This document shows, piece by piece, positions 49,191-62,665 of a DNA stretch of 64,000 nt. Origin of the DNA: Amoebophrya sp. A120 (lineage: Eukaryota > Protista > Dinoflagellata). The DNA lies in NCBI GenBank assembly GCA_905178155.1, contig CAJINV010000001.1, positions 2,222,089-2,286,088 of the forward strand. The letters are read 5' to 3'. The notes under the pieces are model-generated. The model ran no database searches and was not told where the DNA came from. It worked only from the letters and a program-made list of their open reading frames with translations. Made by a program: the position numbers and the translations under genes. Within the stretch, counting starts at the first letter, position 1. The number at the start of each line of letters is the position of its first letter.

Positions 49191-50260
49191 TTATCGTACC
49201 AATTTTTCCCGCTCCAAGATCCATCCGCAGATCGGGTACATATCAAGTGCAAATGTGTCTGGGTCTGGAAGATTACCAGGTTTGTCATGTTGGAAAACTA
49301 AGGGCAGGGCGTCCCTTTGTCATGCATATTTTCCATGATCCATGATGCCTGTAATGCATAGCCTACCATCACAGATTTTTAGAGGGCTTCCAGATGCCTC
49401 TTACGCATGAGAAATGCCGTCTCCGCGTGGCACAAACTGGGCTCCTCATCCTGGTCACGCAATGCAGATCTTTTTAGAATCCAAAAACAGCATCACAAAT
49501 TGCTAACTTGTTCCAGACCCAGACATATTTGCAATGCATAGTACAGACACGCGAGCAAGAGGATCACGCATACGAGGACAGCCAGTACACCGGTTTCGGC
49601 CCCGACGCCCGGGCGAATCAACGTTGCAATCAGAGATCTTCCGGGGCTTTTGCTCTTATTTGCTTTTTTCATCCCCGGTCGTCGCGCTTTCCGAAACTCC
49701 GCAAGCTTGACATAACACGGCAACACCTTGCTGTGGTCAAGCAACATTTCCACTGCGTGTGATGCAAACCACCCCTGGTACAGGAGACCGTATTTGAACA
49801 ACATTTTGATTTTCCGTGTTGGCTTTTTGGAAAAAATCACTTGCTCCTGTTCCCCGTTCCGGCTTTCACCAAGCCCAACCTGATCGGCTGCAATGTTTTT
49901 TACCACTCCACCAGATGTTTGCCCATCGCCACCCCGGTCTTGTTCATCACCCTCGTTGTCCCCATTCGACGCATAATTCCACCGCGGAACTTGTGGTCTA
50001 CTGCTGGCGACACGAATCTCGGCCGCCTTGTAGCCTGCGAGGTAGTCGTAAACGCTCAATTTCACGCCGTTGGCCTTCGCTTCCTCCGCTGCCAAAAGAC
50101 TGCATTCCGCCAGGACGTAGCTTTGGCGAAGGTTTTCTGCTTCCCGGACAGTTTGGCGGAACGATGCTTGCGCGCTGAAAACGAGAGCAATCACCAGCAG
50201 TGTGACGGCGACAATGCCGGGGGCCGCTCCTGAGGTCGTGGGGCCTGTCAGGGCCATCAT
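49191..50260 (-). CDS. Hypothetical two-TM protein
   Basis: N- and C-terminal hydrophobic helices. The join LLACLY/PICGWILEREKLVR* crosses introner 49241-49540. Confidence 0.65.
49241..49540. mobile_element. Introner family A (300 bp), TSD GTACA
   Basis: Family A TIRs. GTACA at 49236 and 49541. Interior similar to 6738-7004. Confidence 0.9.
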
Positions 50261-50921
50261 GTCATCCACATCCAAAATCTAGTTGTAATTCTCAGAAGAA
50301 TAGACGCACACAAAGCTCCTCTGTCGTGAACGCCCTCATCGCAGAACTTATTCTGAAACGGAAGGACGAAACTGGTGTGACTGAATCACTCAATTATGAC
50401 AATGGCTATAGACATACGAGCTTCATCAATTATACTTCTCAAGTAGCCTGCTCGTGCTCCAGCGGTTCCTCCAGACATGAAAATCATTGTTCATGATATC
50501 GTATCTAGAAATGAAAACCGACATAGCACTGCAGCAGCACGCTCTGTCTACTACTCCAGCTCGCAGAAGAGCTCATAACTCTACCGAAGCAAAGTGTGCA
50601 GTTCTGAAGTCAGAAGCTACTTCTCCAGTTAACATTTCGCGCGTGTCATTATTGTGGCGTTAGGTGACGTCGACCTCGAACATTCGGCTTCTGCAACTGA
50701 TAACAAGTCCGAGTGACCTTGGTGTAAAGCAACAAGAATAAGAAAATCACCACTGACTTCCGCATTCATAGTCGTAAATACTTTCATTTTGATGAGTCGT
50801 AGTCGCTGTGCATCGTGATCGTGGTACAACTTCTGTCATAGTCAAACGCAACGGAAAAAACGCAAGAATCAAAAACTCAGGTTGATATTTAGCGCCATGT
50901 AAAAATGCCATTGATGCACCA

Positions 50922-52655
50922 TCAGGCTCCGGCAAGACCAATTCCGGCAACGGCCTTATCTTTGCGCGGCCTTTCGTGCAGGTTCATGATGCTGCTCACC
51001 TCTTTCTCACTTAGCAATCGAAACTGGCCCGGTTGCATTGGCGTGAGAGGATCGTCTCCCGGGACCCACCAGGAGGAAAAGTGAGCTGCGGTGTAAAGCG
51101 AAGTTGAATTTTCTCCGAGATGAACTTCTTCCTCCAGTTTTCGAAGATCGTCGCGTGTACTACTGACTCGGCGCTCGTCGTCGTCCCCGTGGTCAACAAC
51201 GTGTGCCCTCGTACAGGTTCCTAGCGTGTCTTTTTGGTACCAAAGCAGCGCGGTTTCCACACTGTCCAGTTCCTGTGCGACCTTCTGAACCACCCCGCCA
51301 AGACTGACGCGCTGGAGGGTGAGCGTCTGGTATCCGCAAGCCTTCAGTAATCGCCGCACCTCGTGCTTTTTCCCCGATTGAAGCGTGACCTCCACCAGCA
51401 CGACGTGCAGGTTGGCGACGGAGCTGGTCCTCTTCGCTTTTTGCACAGCACGACGTGTTGGCGCTTCGTCTGCACTTTTATCCGGAACAACTTCATATCT
51501 GCTCCGCTCGCTATGAGAACGTTTCTTGCCACTTGCGCTGTCGCCAGCCTCAGCATTTTTTGCCGTGTCTGGTAAAGAAGTGGAGCTGGCCGCATCATCT
51601 TCAACTTCATCCGCAACCACAGCTCTACAACTCCCACGCTTGTTTTTACATCTCACGTCCTTATCATTCCCAAATCGCCGCTGAAACCTGTTTGCGGGCA
51701 CAGACCGGGAATCGATAACGCTTATGCGGTCGTCCATGGTCGTCAATTTGTGAGCAAGAAAAGTCGCAGTTCTCCTCTTTTTCTGAGTTTTTTCCTGAGT
51801 TTTTCCACCTCTATCTTTATCTTTTCGAGAAGCAGTAGAATATCCAAGAGTATTTCGATGTTCATGATAGGTGTTCCTCTCTTCGACGTTTTCGGCGCTA
51901 ACTTCGTCGTCCAACGGCCGCAGTGACTTCGCCAGTACCCGGTACACTTTGGTATGTCCGACATCCGGCGAAGTCACCTTGTGACTGAACCTTCCGTCGT
52001 CCGTGAGGAAAATCAGCCCCTCCGAGTCCAGATCGAGCCGCCCCACTGGGGAAATGGTGATGTTCTTGACCGGGCCCTCGTAGGTTCTTTCTGTGGACCA
52101 CGATGAGGGGAATTCTTTCGCAGTAGAATCTTCTCGACAACTTGCCGCCTCGTCTGTCGTGGTCCCCGTCCGCTTTCCTTGCGAAGTAGATCCTCGCTCG
52201 GCCAAGGCCTGGGTCAGCAGCTCAGAAATGAAAGGCACAAAGGACGATTTGTTTTCGCTTTCAACAGTTTGCAGCTCTTCTTGGCACCCATTTGTATTGT
52301 TCCCGAGTTCTGGATCGGGAATGATCCTCATCTGGCCGAACGAACGTGGAGGGGCTTCGGTTGTGCCTGGTGCCGCACCTCTACTTCGTATTCTGGAAAA
52401 GTACTTCGACGTCGATGGCAGAAAGCGCTCGGTTTCTGCAACATTGGTCTGTGGAGGACGGGACGTCAGCACAAGCCGCGGTTTGTAATGGAGCAGGTAC
52501 ACGTAGTTCTTCCTTTTTTCTCCTTTTGCTTTTTGTTTTTCATCGGAGCCGCATGATCTGGGAGGCCGGTCGCTGGTTTCGCTTATCATTTTCGAAGTTG
52601 GAACTGTGAATTCGGTTTTACGAAATCTAAACAACAACCAAACAAGCCAGGACAT
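50922..52655 (-). CDS. RsuA/RluE-family RNA pseudouridine synthase with long insertions
   Basis: Motifs LLHYKP, PVGRLDLDSEGLIFLTDDG (catalytic Asp), KVYRV, GKKHEVRR, LQRVSLG and PGQFRLL. Confidence 0.88.
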   Translation of the reverse strand: MSWLVWLLFRFRKTEFTVPTSKMISETSDRPPRSCGSDEKQKAKGEKRKNYVYLLHYKPRLVLTSRPPQTNVAETERFLPSTSKYFSRIRSRGAAPGTTEAPPRSFGQMRIIPDPELGNNTNGCQEELQTVESENKSSFVPFISELLTQALAERGSTSQGKRTGTTTDEAASCREDSTAKEFPSSWSTERTYEGPVKNITISPVGRLDLDSEGLIFLTDDGRFSHKVTSPDVGHTKVYRVLAKSLRPLDDEVSAENVEERNTYHEHRNTLGYSTASRKDKDRGGKTQEKTQKKRRTATFLAHKLTTMDDRISVIDSRSVPANRFQRRFGNDKDVRCKNKRGSCRAVVADEVEDDAASSTSLPDTAKNAEAGDSASGKKRSHSERSRYEVVPDKSADEAPTRRAVQKAKRTSSVANLHVVLVEVTLQSGKKHEVRRLLKACGYQTLTLQRVSLGGVVQKVAQELDSVETALLWYQKDTLGTCTRAHVVDHGDDDERRVSSTRDDLRKLEEEVHLGENSTSLYTAAHFSSWWVPGDDPLTPMQPGQFRLLSEKEVSSIMNLHERPRKDKAVAGIGLAGA

Positions 52656-53329
52656 CCCTCTTTTTAGTTTGCTCGTCGGGTCAAGCTCAAGGGAACCTCC
52701 ACCCCCTCGTTTAAATCTACTTCACAAACAGTCGTTCCCTGGTAGGGGTAGTAGAGGAATGCCTTTCTTCTATCTCCACATGCTATACAAACGCACATGA
52801 GTACTTACTTAGTACCCTCCTTTCATTTCACACCGAAAATGATGTCGCTTTGATCTACTTATGATCCAAAAAGCGCAAAGATTCACAACATTTTTGCGCG
52901 AGCTTCTGCTTCCGAGAACCGTCAAGATTTGAGAACGATGTGCTGTTGCTTTGATTTTGGTGTGCCGACGGACAAGACCCTCGAAGATTTTGCACGACAG
53001 GAAAAAAAAAGAGGCGACAATCTTCTCTTGCTAATTCAATCTGCTGTGCCTGCTTCACCGACTGAAGACTCACCGCAGGAAAGGCGAAGACAAGATCCAA
53101 TGATTTTCCATGAGAACGGACCGTCCTCACGATTACGCCTGCTTATCGTCCGAATGCGCTGGATCGTCCGATTTATCTTGAAGTTGAAATATTTTTCCTG
53201 AAAGACAAAGTACTCCACCCTAGCACATACTGCCTGGATGTTGCTCGATGTCAAGAGGCGTCCTTCGTCTACTGCAGCGGAGAAAAACCATGTACATGTA
53301 GTTCTCTGCTCCTAAGCACATTTTTGGGC

Positions 53330-56231
53330 TCAATCCAAGACACCGCCTCCTTCGTGCACATCCGTTGCGATATTTTTCACGCGGTTGCGCAGCCCAGCCA
53401 GCTCGTCCCGCATTTGCTCTATGGCCTGCGTGCTCATCGCCGCGCCCTGGTTGTATCCGTCAAAATTTCCCGGCGGCAAACGGCTACTAGTCGACGCGCC
53501 TGGCGCGGCACCTCCTGCGGGCGGGCGAATCCTGCCGCCAAAATTGTAGGGGCTGGAATTTGCTGTCGCGCTTGTTCCCCCGGGTGACGAAGATGCTCCT
53601 GCCGACGAGCTGAGAAGCGACGAGAGAGAGCCGTACCGAGACTGGTAGAGTAGGACGCCGAGAACCACAAAGAGCATTGTCGGAAGCCGAATGTTGCCTG
53701 GTTTTTTGATGACAAGAGAAGCAGCTCGTATGCAGTGCTACATATGCAAAACACCAATACTACAACTTCCTAAAAAGTGGTGATCGTGATTGTCTGTACC
53801 AAAGAAGCCTCCTGCATTCCAGGCTGCTGCTTCTTCTTCTGCTTCTGCTCGCAAATAACCCGGATCGACCACCTCGTAAATTTTTGCTATCCTCTGCGTT
53901 GTGTCCTGCTTGCCCCACCGCCCTTCGTTCATAGTTCCCTCTTTTTTCAGCGAACTCGAGGTCCCGCTCCCGCCCCGCCCGTCTTCCTTCTTTTCCGTGA
54001 TGGAGAGCAAGGTGACGTCGTCCCGGACTGTTTTGCCGAGGGAATAACTTGATATGCCGCGCTTGGTCCATACGACGGTGGGAGGAAGCTCGTCCTCCGT
54101 AATGTTGAACAGCTCAAGCTTCTCATCACTCCTGTCATGATCCCGGCGGGGGTTCCGCTTCTGCGCGAACAGCAGCCTCTTGATCAGATGCAGGGAATGC
54201 AGCCCCGGCTGAGGTAGCACCCACTGCACGCCGCTACCTCCACTCGTCAGGGTGTAGGAGACCAGACTATCCGTGTAACTGAATGTGAATAAAAAATTCG
54301 AAATAAACGGGCCTTCGCGGCAAAGGCGAACTAGAAATACGATTCTAGTCCTACCCTGGTGGAGGACACCCCAAGAACCACGATTGTCATTCTTTTTTGC
54401 TTGCAGGAGCCGCTTTGCTTCTGGAACATGTTGGGCCGCTGCAGCAGGAAAGACTCAATACACGAAATCGAAAACCAACAACGCAGCTGCGAATAAGAAC
54501 AAATACGTCCAAAACTACCAAAACTTACGCTGCTAGCACCCGCAGTGGTCTTCCCGGGATAGAATCCAGGATCGCCGCCGTGTCCACGAGTTTCTGGGTG
54601 ACCAGTCCCGGCGTGATGTCGCGCAAAGACCCCAATGCATCCGTAAACACGAAAATTTTGCTCTCCCTCGGACAGGTCACCAGCGCACGGCCCTTCTGCA
54701 CGGCGCTCGTGCTGAGGCGCAAGGGTCCGCCGTCCGCGCAGGTCTGGTTCTTTTGAAACAAAACGGTGCCGTTCACGTGCAGCACCGCAAACCCGCCGTG
54801 CTGCTGCGCCAGGTACAATTTTTCCCCGCGCCAGACCGCATGCTCGATGGGCCCGGTAAGGTTCGTGGGGAACTGGTGGATCGTAATACTGGCTGCGGAA
54901 TCCTGTCTACTATTCTCTGTCTTCGCTTGTTCAACATCCGCGCTTGGACCGCGTGCCCGATCCACTGGCGCGCCGTCAAGCGACACTAACGCGAACCGGC
55001 TCGACATATCGAAAAACATTGACTCTGGGACCACGTCGGGCACAGCAGGAGCAGATGAACCGGTTTCATTTGTAGTTTTTGCACCATCAGTTTTATTTCC
55101 GTTATTTTCCGATGAGGATGCTCTTGATGCGGAAGATTTTTCGGCGCTCTTGCTACCTCGGTCGGCAGGAGCAGGCGCATTTCCCTTGTTCCGCACTCCT
55201 GTCCTTGCAATGGCGCCGCGCTTCGGGTAGACCCGCAGCAGGCGAAACTCGAAATTGGTCGCGTTGTGGAACAGAAGCGGGATCTCGCCGCCAGCTACCG
55301 CACTGGATATTGAAGAAGAAGAACTCGTTCTACTTCCGGCATTTATGCTACTATCTTCACTTCTAGATGTTGCTGCGCTAGTACCCACTCTTCTTGCGCT
55401 CACCAATTCGTAGTTCAACAACACCCTCGCACTCTCCGCCACGGCAGTCGGCTCCGCGGGCGACACGACGGTCGCGTTGCGAATCGCAGTGTGCACTTTC
55501 TGTTCCAGCAGGTCGTTTTCGATCGTCCGCGCAGAGAAAACTGTTGCACTAGAAGCAGAACTTCTTCCGCTACCTCCCGAAGTTCGGTCCTGGTCCTGGT
55601 GTGTCGACGAGGAAGTAGACCCAACGACGTTTATTTCATCTACTTCCAACAGCAGGTGCGACAACCGCGTACCGCCGGAGTGGATCGAGTTTGCAGATGC
55701 GGAAGGTACGACGTTAGCGAGGAGACTTTTCGTGGGGTCTTCGATCCGTAACCTCTCAAACAGCCAATCTTCGGGTATGTCCGTCGGCAAAAAGGATACA
55801 TCCGGGTCGAGCAGCGCGTCCACATCGAAATTCTCCAAGGGGGCAAGCAGTGGCGAATCTGGTGGCAGCTGAGCTTTCATCTCTTCGAGCATTTTGATAC
55901 GTTCCTCCGTTATCTTAATGTCCTCTTCCAGCAACCGCTTCTCCTCAGCTGCCATAAGAGTGGCGAAGCTCGGCCTCGGTTGTAGTGTGCCTGCACTTGT
56001 TGTTCCACTTGGTGTTCCAGAAGAAACCGACGTTGCTGGTACCGCTTGTACTAGTTCTAGGTGACCGGAAAACAAACCGACAACACAAAGCGCTAACTGC
56101 TGCCACATCATCGCAACGCCGCACCAGCGGAAAATACACGACGCAGCGGAAATACGAACCATGATTGACCCACAAGTGCAGTAGATGCAGCACGCAGTTC
56201 GTACGCGGATACTGGATCCGAGGTTTCTCAA
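53330..56231 (-). CDS. Probable single type-I membrane protein split over ORFs 54525-56231, 53738-54229 and 53330-53677
   Basis: Signal-like N-terminus, long luminal ORF, and a C-terminal TM plus short coiled coil. Exon junctions not fully verified. Confidence 0.45.
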
Positions 56232-58369
56232 GTAATTTGATCACAAGAAGCGAATTATTTGCTTCATTTCAACCATTGAAAACTAAATCACCGTGATCTT
56301 TATATCTCAAACTTGATCAGACGGAAGGCAGCAGAGGTGTTTTCGCCATCCAGGAAACCCATGGAAGGATTCTGTACGGAATGGCAGAACTCATACCATC
56401 ATCACTTCAATTTTCCGTCCACACAAAAGATCATTGCCGATCGGGACCGGGTGTGAAACTGCGGTTCTCTCTCCAGCGCCGGCCTCTCGCTAGTTGATCT
56501 ATCATGAAGAGATCGTTCTATGGTTCAAGAACAAAACCACCTCAGCTTTTTCGCGCAGAACTACTCCGCACCAAAAGCCGTCGACACCACACGGCCATCA
56601 AGGAAGAAGACGGCATAGAATTGGAATTGCAGAAATCAAACTGTCGAACTATTCGCGCATTGGGAGGGCTCGTGATTATCCTGCCGGAAGAACCAGAACC
56701 ACTGTTCATCTCGACAAAGACCTCTTCACGGAAAGAATGAGAATCGTGGGTAGAAGAAATTGGAATGGGGAAACGAAGGAATCATGGGTAGAATGAAAAC
56801 TACTGGCGGTAGTCAGCATACCTACACAACAGATGCGAATTTCTGTAGGACGACGAGGTCGTACAACCAGAGACTACTTGTTCTACTACTAGTGTACTTG
56901 ATTCAATACAGCAGGATCGAGCTATGGTTCGGACTTCGGATCTTCAGACACTTGGATTTAATGGATAGTATGTTTGTCATCAATTCCACCGGGTATTTGC
57001 TGTGCAGAACGCACGGCAAAAAAAGAGTGGTGGATCTGACGACGCGCATGAGAAGTTGTCATCAGTTGTTCCAGTTTCCGTGGATTCTTTCCCTGCTGAT
57101 CGTCTTCCAGTCCGACCGCCTGTGTAGTGTGTTTAGAAGTGAGCTTGTCATGCAACAAGGGCAACATACAACGATAGTAAAGATCTTCCCTACACATACA
57201 TGCAAGATCAAGCGGATTAGTACTTACATGATCGCAGTCATATGGGTATGTCATTGCGCGTTGGTTTTTTTCTGCGTAGGTATTTTCTGTCAGACATCTA
57301 AGGAAGTTTGTCCAGCATACGCAGCCTGATCGTTGTAAACAAGATCAAGCCGCTTAGTAGGACACTTACTGCGAATGTTTGAGAAACGGTAAAACGCTGT
57401 TCTCAAAGGTTGTCATCATGAAATGTGCCACATAAGTTTGTACTCCAAATAAAGCATGTACAACGAACTAATCGATGCCACAACGCGGCACCGCCATGTT
57501 GCTCAGAGAAGATAGCGAAAACCTAGAAAATGTGTGTGCTCCATGGTTTGACCCGGGAGTTTGGCCGCAAAGCGACCCTACAGTGCAAGATTCTGTAGCC
57601 TCAGATGGCAGAAAAATCAGGCACGTGCTCCTACCGCGACAAGGAATATGAAGCCAGAGTGATTTGCTAGGAGCGCAAACTGAAAGTGAATCCAGCTTGC
57701 ACTCGACCAGCGCCACTCTTTGCTCTAGGATGTTGCCGAACCTGCGACACCACAGGCTTTCTGAAGTAACTCAGAAGCCGGTGCTCAGGAACACTCGGCA
57801 TCGCTGCGCAAGAGGAAAGTGAGAGTTGTGCGCAGCATGGCATCCAGGAAGTTCCTGTTGAGATCCAACCGGGACAAAATTATTCCTGTCTTGAACGTGC
57901 GTGTCAGCACGCGACAAAAAACGCCCGCTCATCAGGCGCTCGTCTCACAGATTTGTTTCAGGTGTTGATTGCTGCTAAAAATCAGCGAAAAAAAGGCTGG
58001 TACAGTGTATCCGGCACGACGAGGGAGTTGAACCAGTGGCTTTGGGGCGTCTGGACCTGTGATCTCCTTCTTTCCTCGTATTGATCCGCATGGTATCTGT
58101 TGAATTTGAATATGAAATTGTCGCTTTCGTTTTCGACGGTGAATTCCAACTATGAAGTGGGCGTTGCGAATTTATCACGCGGCACCCGCGACCGCTCGAT
58201 TAATTTGATCTTTACGCAAGGTCGACATGTTGCATCAGACAGGGATAACTTAAGAGGTTTCTCTTTGGCATCGGAGCCCAGCAGGCTCCTCCCAATAGAG
58301 GTGTCAGAATTTACCAATTGGGTCATCACAGTAAATTGTCGAAGTGATTCTGCTTGCAAGACAGCGACT

Positions 58370-60947
58370 TCATAAATTGTTTTTCTCATGCCTGAAAATC
58401 GAAACGTACTTTTCTGGGTTGCTCTGCATGGAGATTGGCCTTCCGGAAGGCAGGGTCTGCATGAAGTCGTTTTGCGCATCCGCGTAGCCTGGTATATCCG
58501 CCCACAGCGACCCGGTCGGCGGCCGACGACCAAAGTCCGTCGGCAATGACCGCCCCAGGTTCAGCGTATCCTGTGATCCGAATCTCGACGGTAGGGTCAT
58601 GCTCATATCGGGGGACACCGAGTTGCTGTAAAACCCGTCGAACTCCGGTGCGGTCCGCGGCCGGGTTCGGTTCTGTTGCGACCCGCCGCGTCGTGTCCCG
58701 CCCACGCTGTACTGACTTCGTGGCGTGCTCGCGCGACTGCGCGGCGTCCCGTGGCCGGACCGCAACCCCGTCCCGCGCCGACTGCCACCCCCGGGCGTGA
58801 TTGGCCTCGGGTGCCCGTCTCGTGGGGTTTGCGCCCCGGACATCGTACCAGGAACACCGCCGTGCCGCATAATCTGGCTCCCCCCGGGGGCCGTTTGCGG
58901 GCGGTTGGCCGCGCCGCGCGCCGACTCCGGCACGACTACCGCTAGCGCGTAGTGCGCCATAGGGTCCTCCACGTGCTCGTCCTCCGGCCGGTCGATGGGC
59001 ACGGACGTCGGCGACTGGTCGTAGGCCGCCTGCTCGCGGTAGTACTCCTCCAGGTCCCCCCGGCTGTCCTCCTTCAAAACCGGTCGCAGTTTGCTGATCC
59101 GGTAACTGCAGTTCAACTTGTCGTTTTCGCTGGCCACCGTGGGGCCCGTGTGCACGGGCGTGGTCTGCTGGTGGGTCTCGAACGCGTCGGCGATCTGCTC
59201 CGAGGTGACTATGTTTTTCCCGCTCTCCGGGTCTCGGACGATGGGCGCCTGAAATTTCGGCTTGTTCATCTGGTCCTTCTCCGCCTGGCTCAGCGCGGCC
59301 TGCTCGGCCTCGTACCTGGCCTTGGGGCCCTTCGGCTGCGCGTTCCGGGCGTCTATGGCGGCCTGCACGTCCTTGCGCCGCCCCTGCATTAGCGCTACGG
59401 CCGTGGCGGAGGTGAAATCCGGCAGTTTGTCTTTGTTCATGTGATAAATCGGCACACAGAGGAGGCCCACGATTCCGAGGCCCAGGAAAATGGACGTGAG
59501 AAGCAGACCGATCGTGGAAAAACCCATCCCAGATTGCCCGTCCTGGTTGTTCGATAATAATTTTTGAATTGTTTTTACACGACCGTTGTCGGTAACCGTA
59601 GCACAACAAACGTGTGGTCGGTAACTAACAGTCGTCGACAAAATGCACATTCTGCAAAAAGAAAAATCATCCCCCGCACTGTATCAGATTAACGAGATTC
59701 GCGAAAGTAGTGTTTCTTCAAGACAGGAACCGCCGTCGTTGCAGATCCACAGCCAAGAAGTAGTCTCATCATTATCGTGCGGGGGATGAGGATGTTCAAG
59801 TGCATCTTGGAAAATAAGGCCCCTCTACCTTATGGAGTTCCGATCCATTCATTCGAAAAAAAACTTACCTCGCGATTCTGAAAGAACTGGAACAGGAAAA
59901 AGCACCACATGAAGATCAGCCCGAAGAAGTAGCCCATATGGAGTTCTCAAATGTTACATTCTCAACTGTTACATGAATTTGTAATGCAAGACTGGCAAAA
60001 GTGAAAGGAGGAAGATTGCGCCTCTTGCATTACAAGTTTGGCGCAGATTTAGATGCTGTTTAGCCCTTCCGAAATTTGTCATGCGAAGCAGCTCGATCAT
60101 CTGCCAGCTGAAGGCGCTTTTGCATGGCAAATTCATGTAACAGTTGAGAATGTAACGTTTGAGAACGCCATAGCCCATCTGTCGTAATTTCAATTTTTCA
60201 TTTGGAAAGTAGAACTGGGTAGTCTTTAATACTTACTCATTCTGGAAGACCTAGGAACCGTGCGTAGTCGCCCTAGATTGCGATCATTTCCATGCTTTAA
60301 TTTTTCGCTTAGGATCGAACTTTTTGGATCGAGTGCCGAGCATGGAACGCAGCCTTTCTACCGAGGAAGAGGATGATCCCATTATGATTGGCTCCTCTAA
60401 CTCTAGCATAGCTCCTCTAAAGAATACTAATGAGACCAAGACGACGTAAAGAGCACGACTGCTATGCTAGATGTTGCCATCCGCACGTACTATCATCGGC
60501 ATCGCCGGCTGCAACTGCAAGAACTCATCTATAACTAGTATGTAAATGCATGTTTACGTAAGTAACTCTGTCTAGTATACTTACCATGCATGTTCGCTGC
60601 ACGTTCATTTTTGCCCCGGCGGAGTTCATGGCCTCCATCAGTTCCTGAACGTAGACCGCTTGTAGGAAGAAATCTTTAAACTCCCGCCGATCCACCTCGC
60701 GGTTGTTGTCATCGTCAATCCATTCCATAAACTCGAGCACTTGCCGTTTGGTAATTCTTCCCTTCTGCGTCCGCCAGTCGTTCAATAGATCCACAAACTC
60801 GTCCACGGAAAGCGCGCCGCTGTTGTCGCGGTCGTAAAACTCGAACAGGTTGTCCAAATCCCGGGTGTCCGTTGGGAACGGCTGATTGCCCTGCCGCCCG
60901 CGGATCCCGCGGACATCCAGCTGTTTGGCTTGCTGCTTCAACGGCAT
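58370..60947 (-). CDS. EF-hand pair + two TM helices + R/S/T/P-rich tail
   Basis: EF loops DRDNSGALSVDE and DDDNNREVDRRE. Phase-0 GT-AG introns 60179-60584 and 59543-59868 plus introner 59937-60172 give RTCM/MGYFFGLIFMWCFFLFQFFQNRE/DGQSGMGFSTIGLLL. Confidence 0.78.
59937..60172. mobile_element. Introner family D (236 bp), TSD GCCCA
   Basis: Family D TIRs. GCCCA at 59932 and 60173. Interior is the reverse complement of 37649-37899. Confidence 0.92.
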
Positions 60948-62665
60948 GATACCAGCGCCGAGGAATTGTACTTGTAAAGAAGCACGACGACGACAATTGC
61001 TATGGCAGCAGCGGAAACGGAGAGAAAATGGAAGTCACCAGCTACACTGCAGTTCTTCTTGCCACGGTCCTCGTGGTAGGCTGAACTTGCACGACGAGAC
61101 CTCGTGCAACATGAAGGTGACACGAAGCTTTGGAATCGAACTTGGTCGTAGAACTACTTACAACTGAGGGCGAACGATATGCAAATGCAACCACAGGTTC
61201 ATGCAGTAAAACTTACGAGGGGAGAATTTGTGGAACTTTTTTAGAAAAATGTTTGTCATATGCTTTCATTGCTAGGGTGATCATGCTCATCAACGGGGTC
61301 ATTATACTTGGACTAGAATTGAGGCTGCTGCTTCGAAGATTGAGAGGAGTAAAGCGAAATATTGGACGATGTAATGCCACGAAAAATGTATGAACGACAT
61401 GCCAGGCTGATGAACGACATTGAAGTTGTGAACGATAGTACTATGACTACGTCGTACACTAGGTGATTTCAAACCAGTACGAATAGGAAGCGGCTTTTCC
61501 TTCCGTGTTCTCGAAGATACGTAGAGGTAAGGGCGTACGACAGACGATTCTGTGTTTGTACCGCACGATATACTAGGACTAGGAGCCTTCTAGGTGTAGA
61601 TTGATATATTCAACGAAAAAATCACAAAGACTGTTCAGGTTAGACCAGGACCGATTCTCATCTGCACATCCTCTTCGGTATTCCTAGTAGCGTCCGCACT
61701 GTCCCAAGCAAGATCATCTCTAGTAGTTATTCCTCCTCGCTATTCCTATTACTGTCCAAACTGTCCTTGCAGTCTGATCTCTTGGCTTTTGCACAAAATT
61801 GGCTGTGTGAACACGACAACGGATCACGGGCCTATGCCTGAGACTACGACTACCAGCAGCCCGCTACAATCCAAAGCCCGACTTTCGTCCTTGGAGTCGC
61901 ACGCTTAGCAGTCTTTTTCAAGCGACCTCCTTTGTTCAATACCTATTTCAGTTCTCTAGTTCCGCTACATGGTCAGCATCTATCAGGATCGAGTTCAAAT
62001 ACAGAAAGACCAAGTCAAAGTGTAGATCTAGATGCGCATACAATTATACAAATGGAGTTTTGATTCGCTGAGACGTAAATAAGTTTCGCGAACACCAGAA
62101 TAAGCTTAAGCAGGAGCTTCAAGCCACGGAATAAACATAAAGATCAAACAACCGACAGCTCAGAGAACCGACGTCGATATCCTCCTCTTTGGAAATAACT
62201 GAAGTTGCCATTGCTTCCTTTTCCCGTTGACCAGAAAAAAAGTGCGACGCGACAGCTGTAACCGCGTCAGAAAAACTAGTTCGCGTCTCGCGGAGGGGTC
62301 AAAATTGCGCAATATTTTTACGACCCACCCGCGGTCTAGGTCCACTTCCACTTACAATAAAAACCGTCCTCAGTTTAGCATTTCTTTGCAAATTACCTTT
62401 CGCGCCGAAATTCAGTAGTCTGTCTTGAAATCCTAGAAAACATCTTTGAAGTCAGCGTGAGCGTTAGCCTAAATCTGTATCAACATTTACAACTGTGCGT
62501 CTGCGTTGTTGTTGTTCATTCTTGGCCACGGGGATACTCCAACAAGAGCACTAACCAGGCCACGTCACAACAATAAGGTTGTTCGTTTGGTAGAATGTGA
62601 AAAAACCCCGATGTTCTTGACAACTCGAACCAAAGCTGGTGGAGGTTCTTGTTTATTTCGACCGC

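Noticed and set aside
53738-56231. EMC1 assignment
   Set aside because: Only a faint NPRR resemblance; insufficient without an HMM search.
56400-58300. Possible gene or TE remnant
   Set aside because: Only short ORFs; no motif, TIR or consistent exon chain found.
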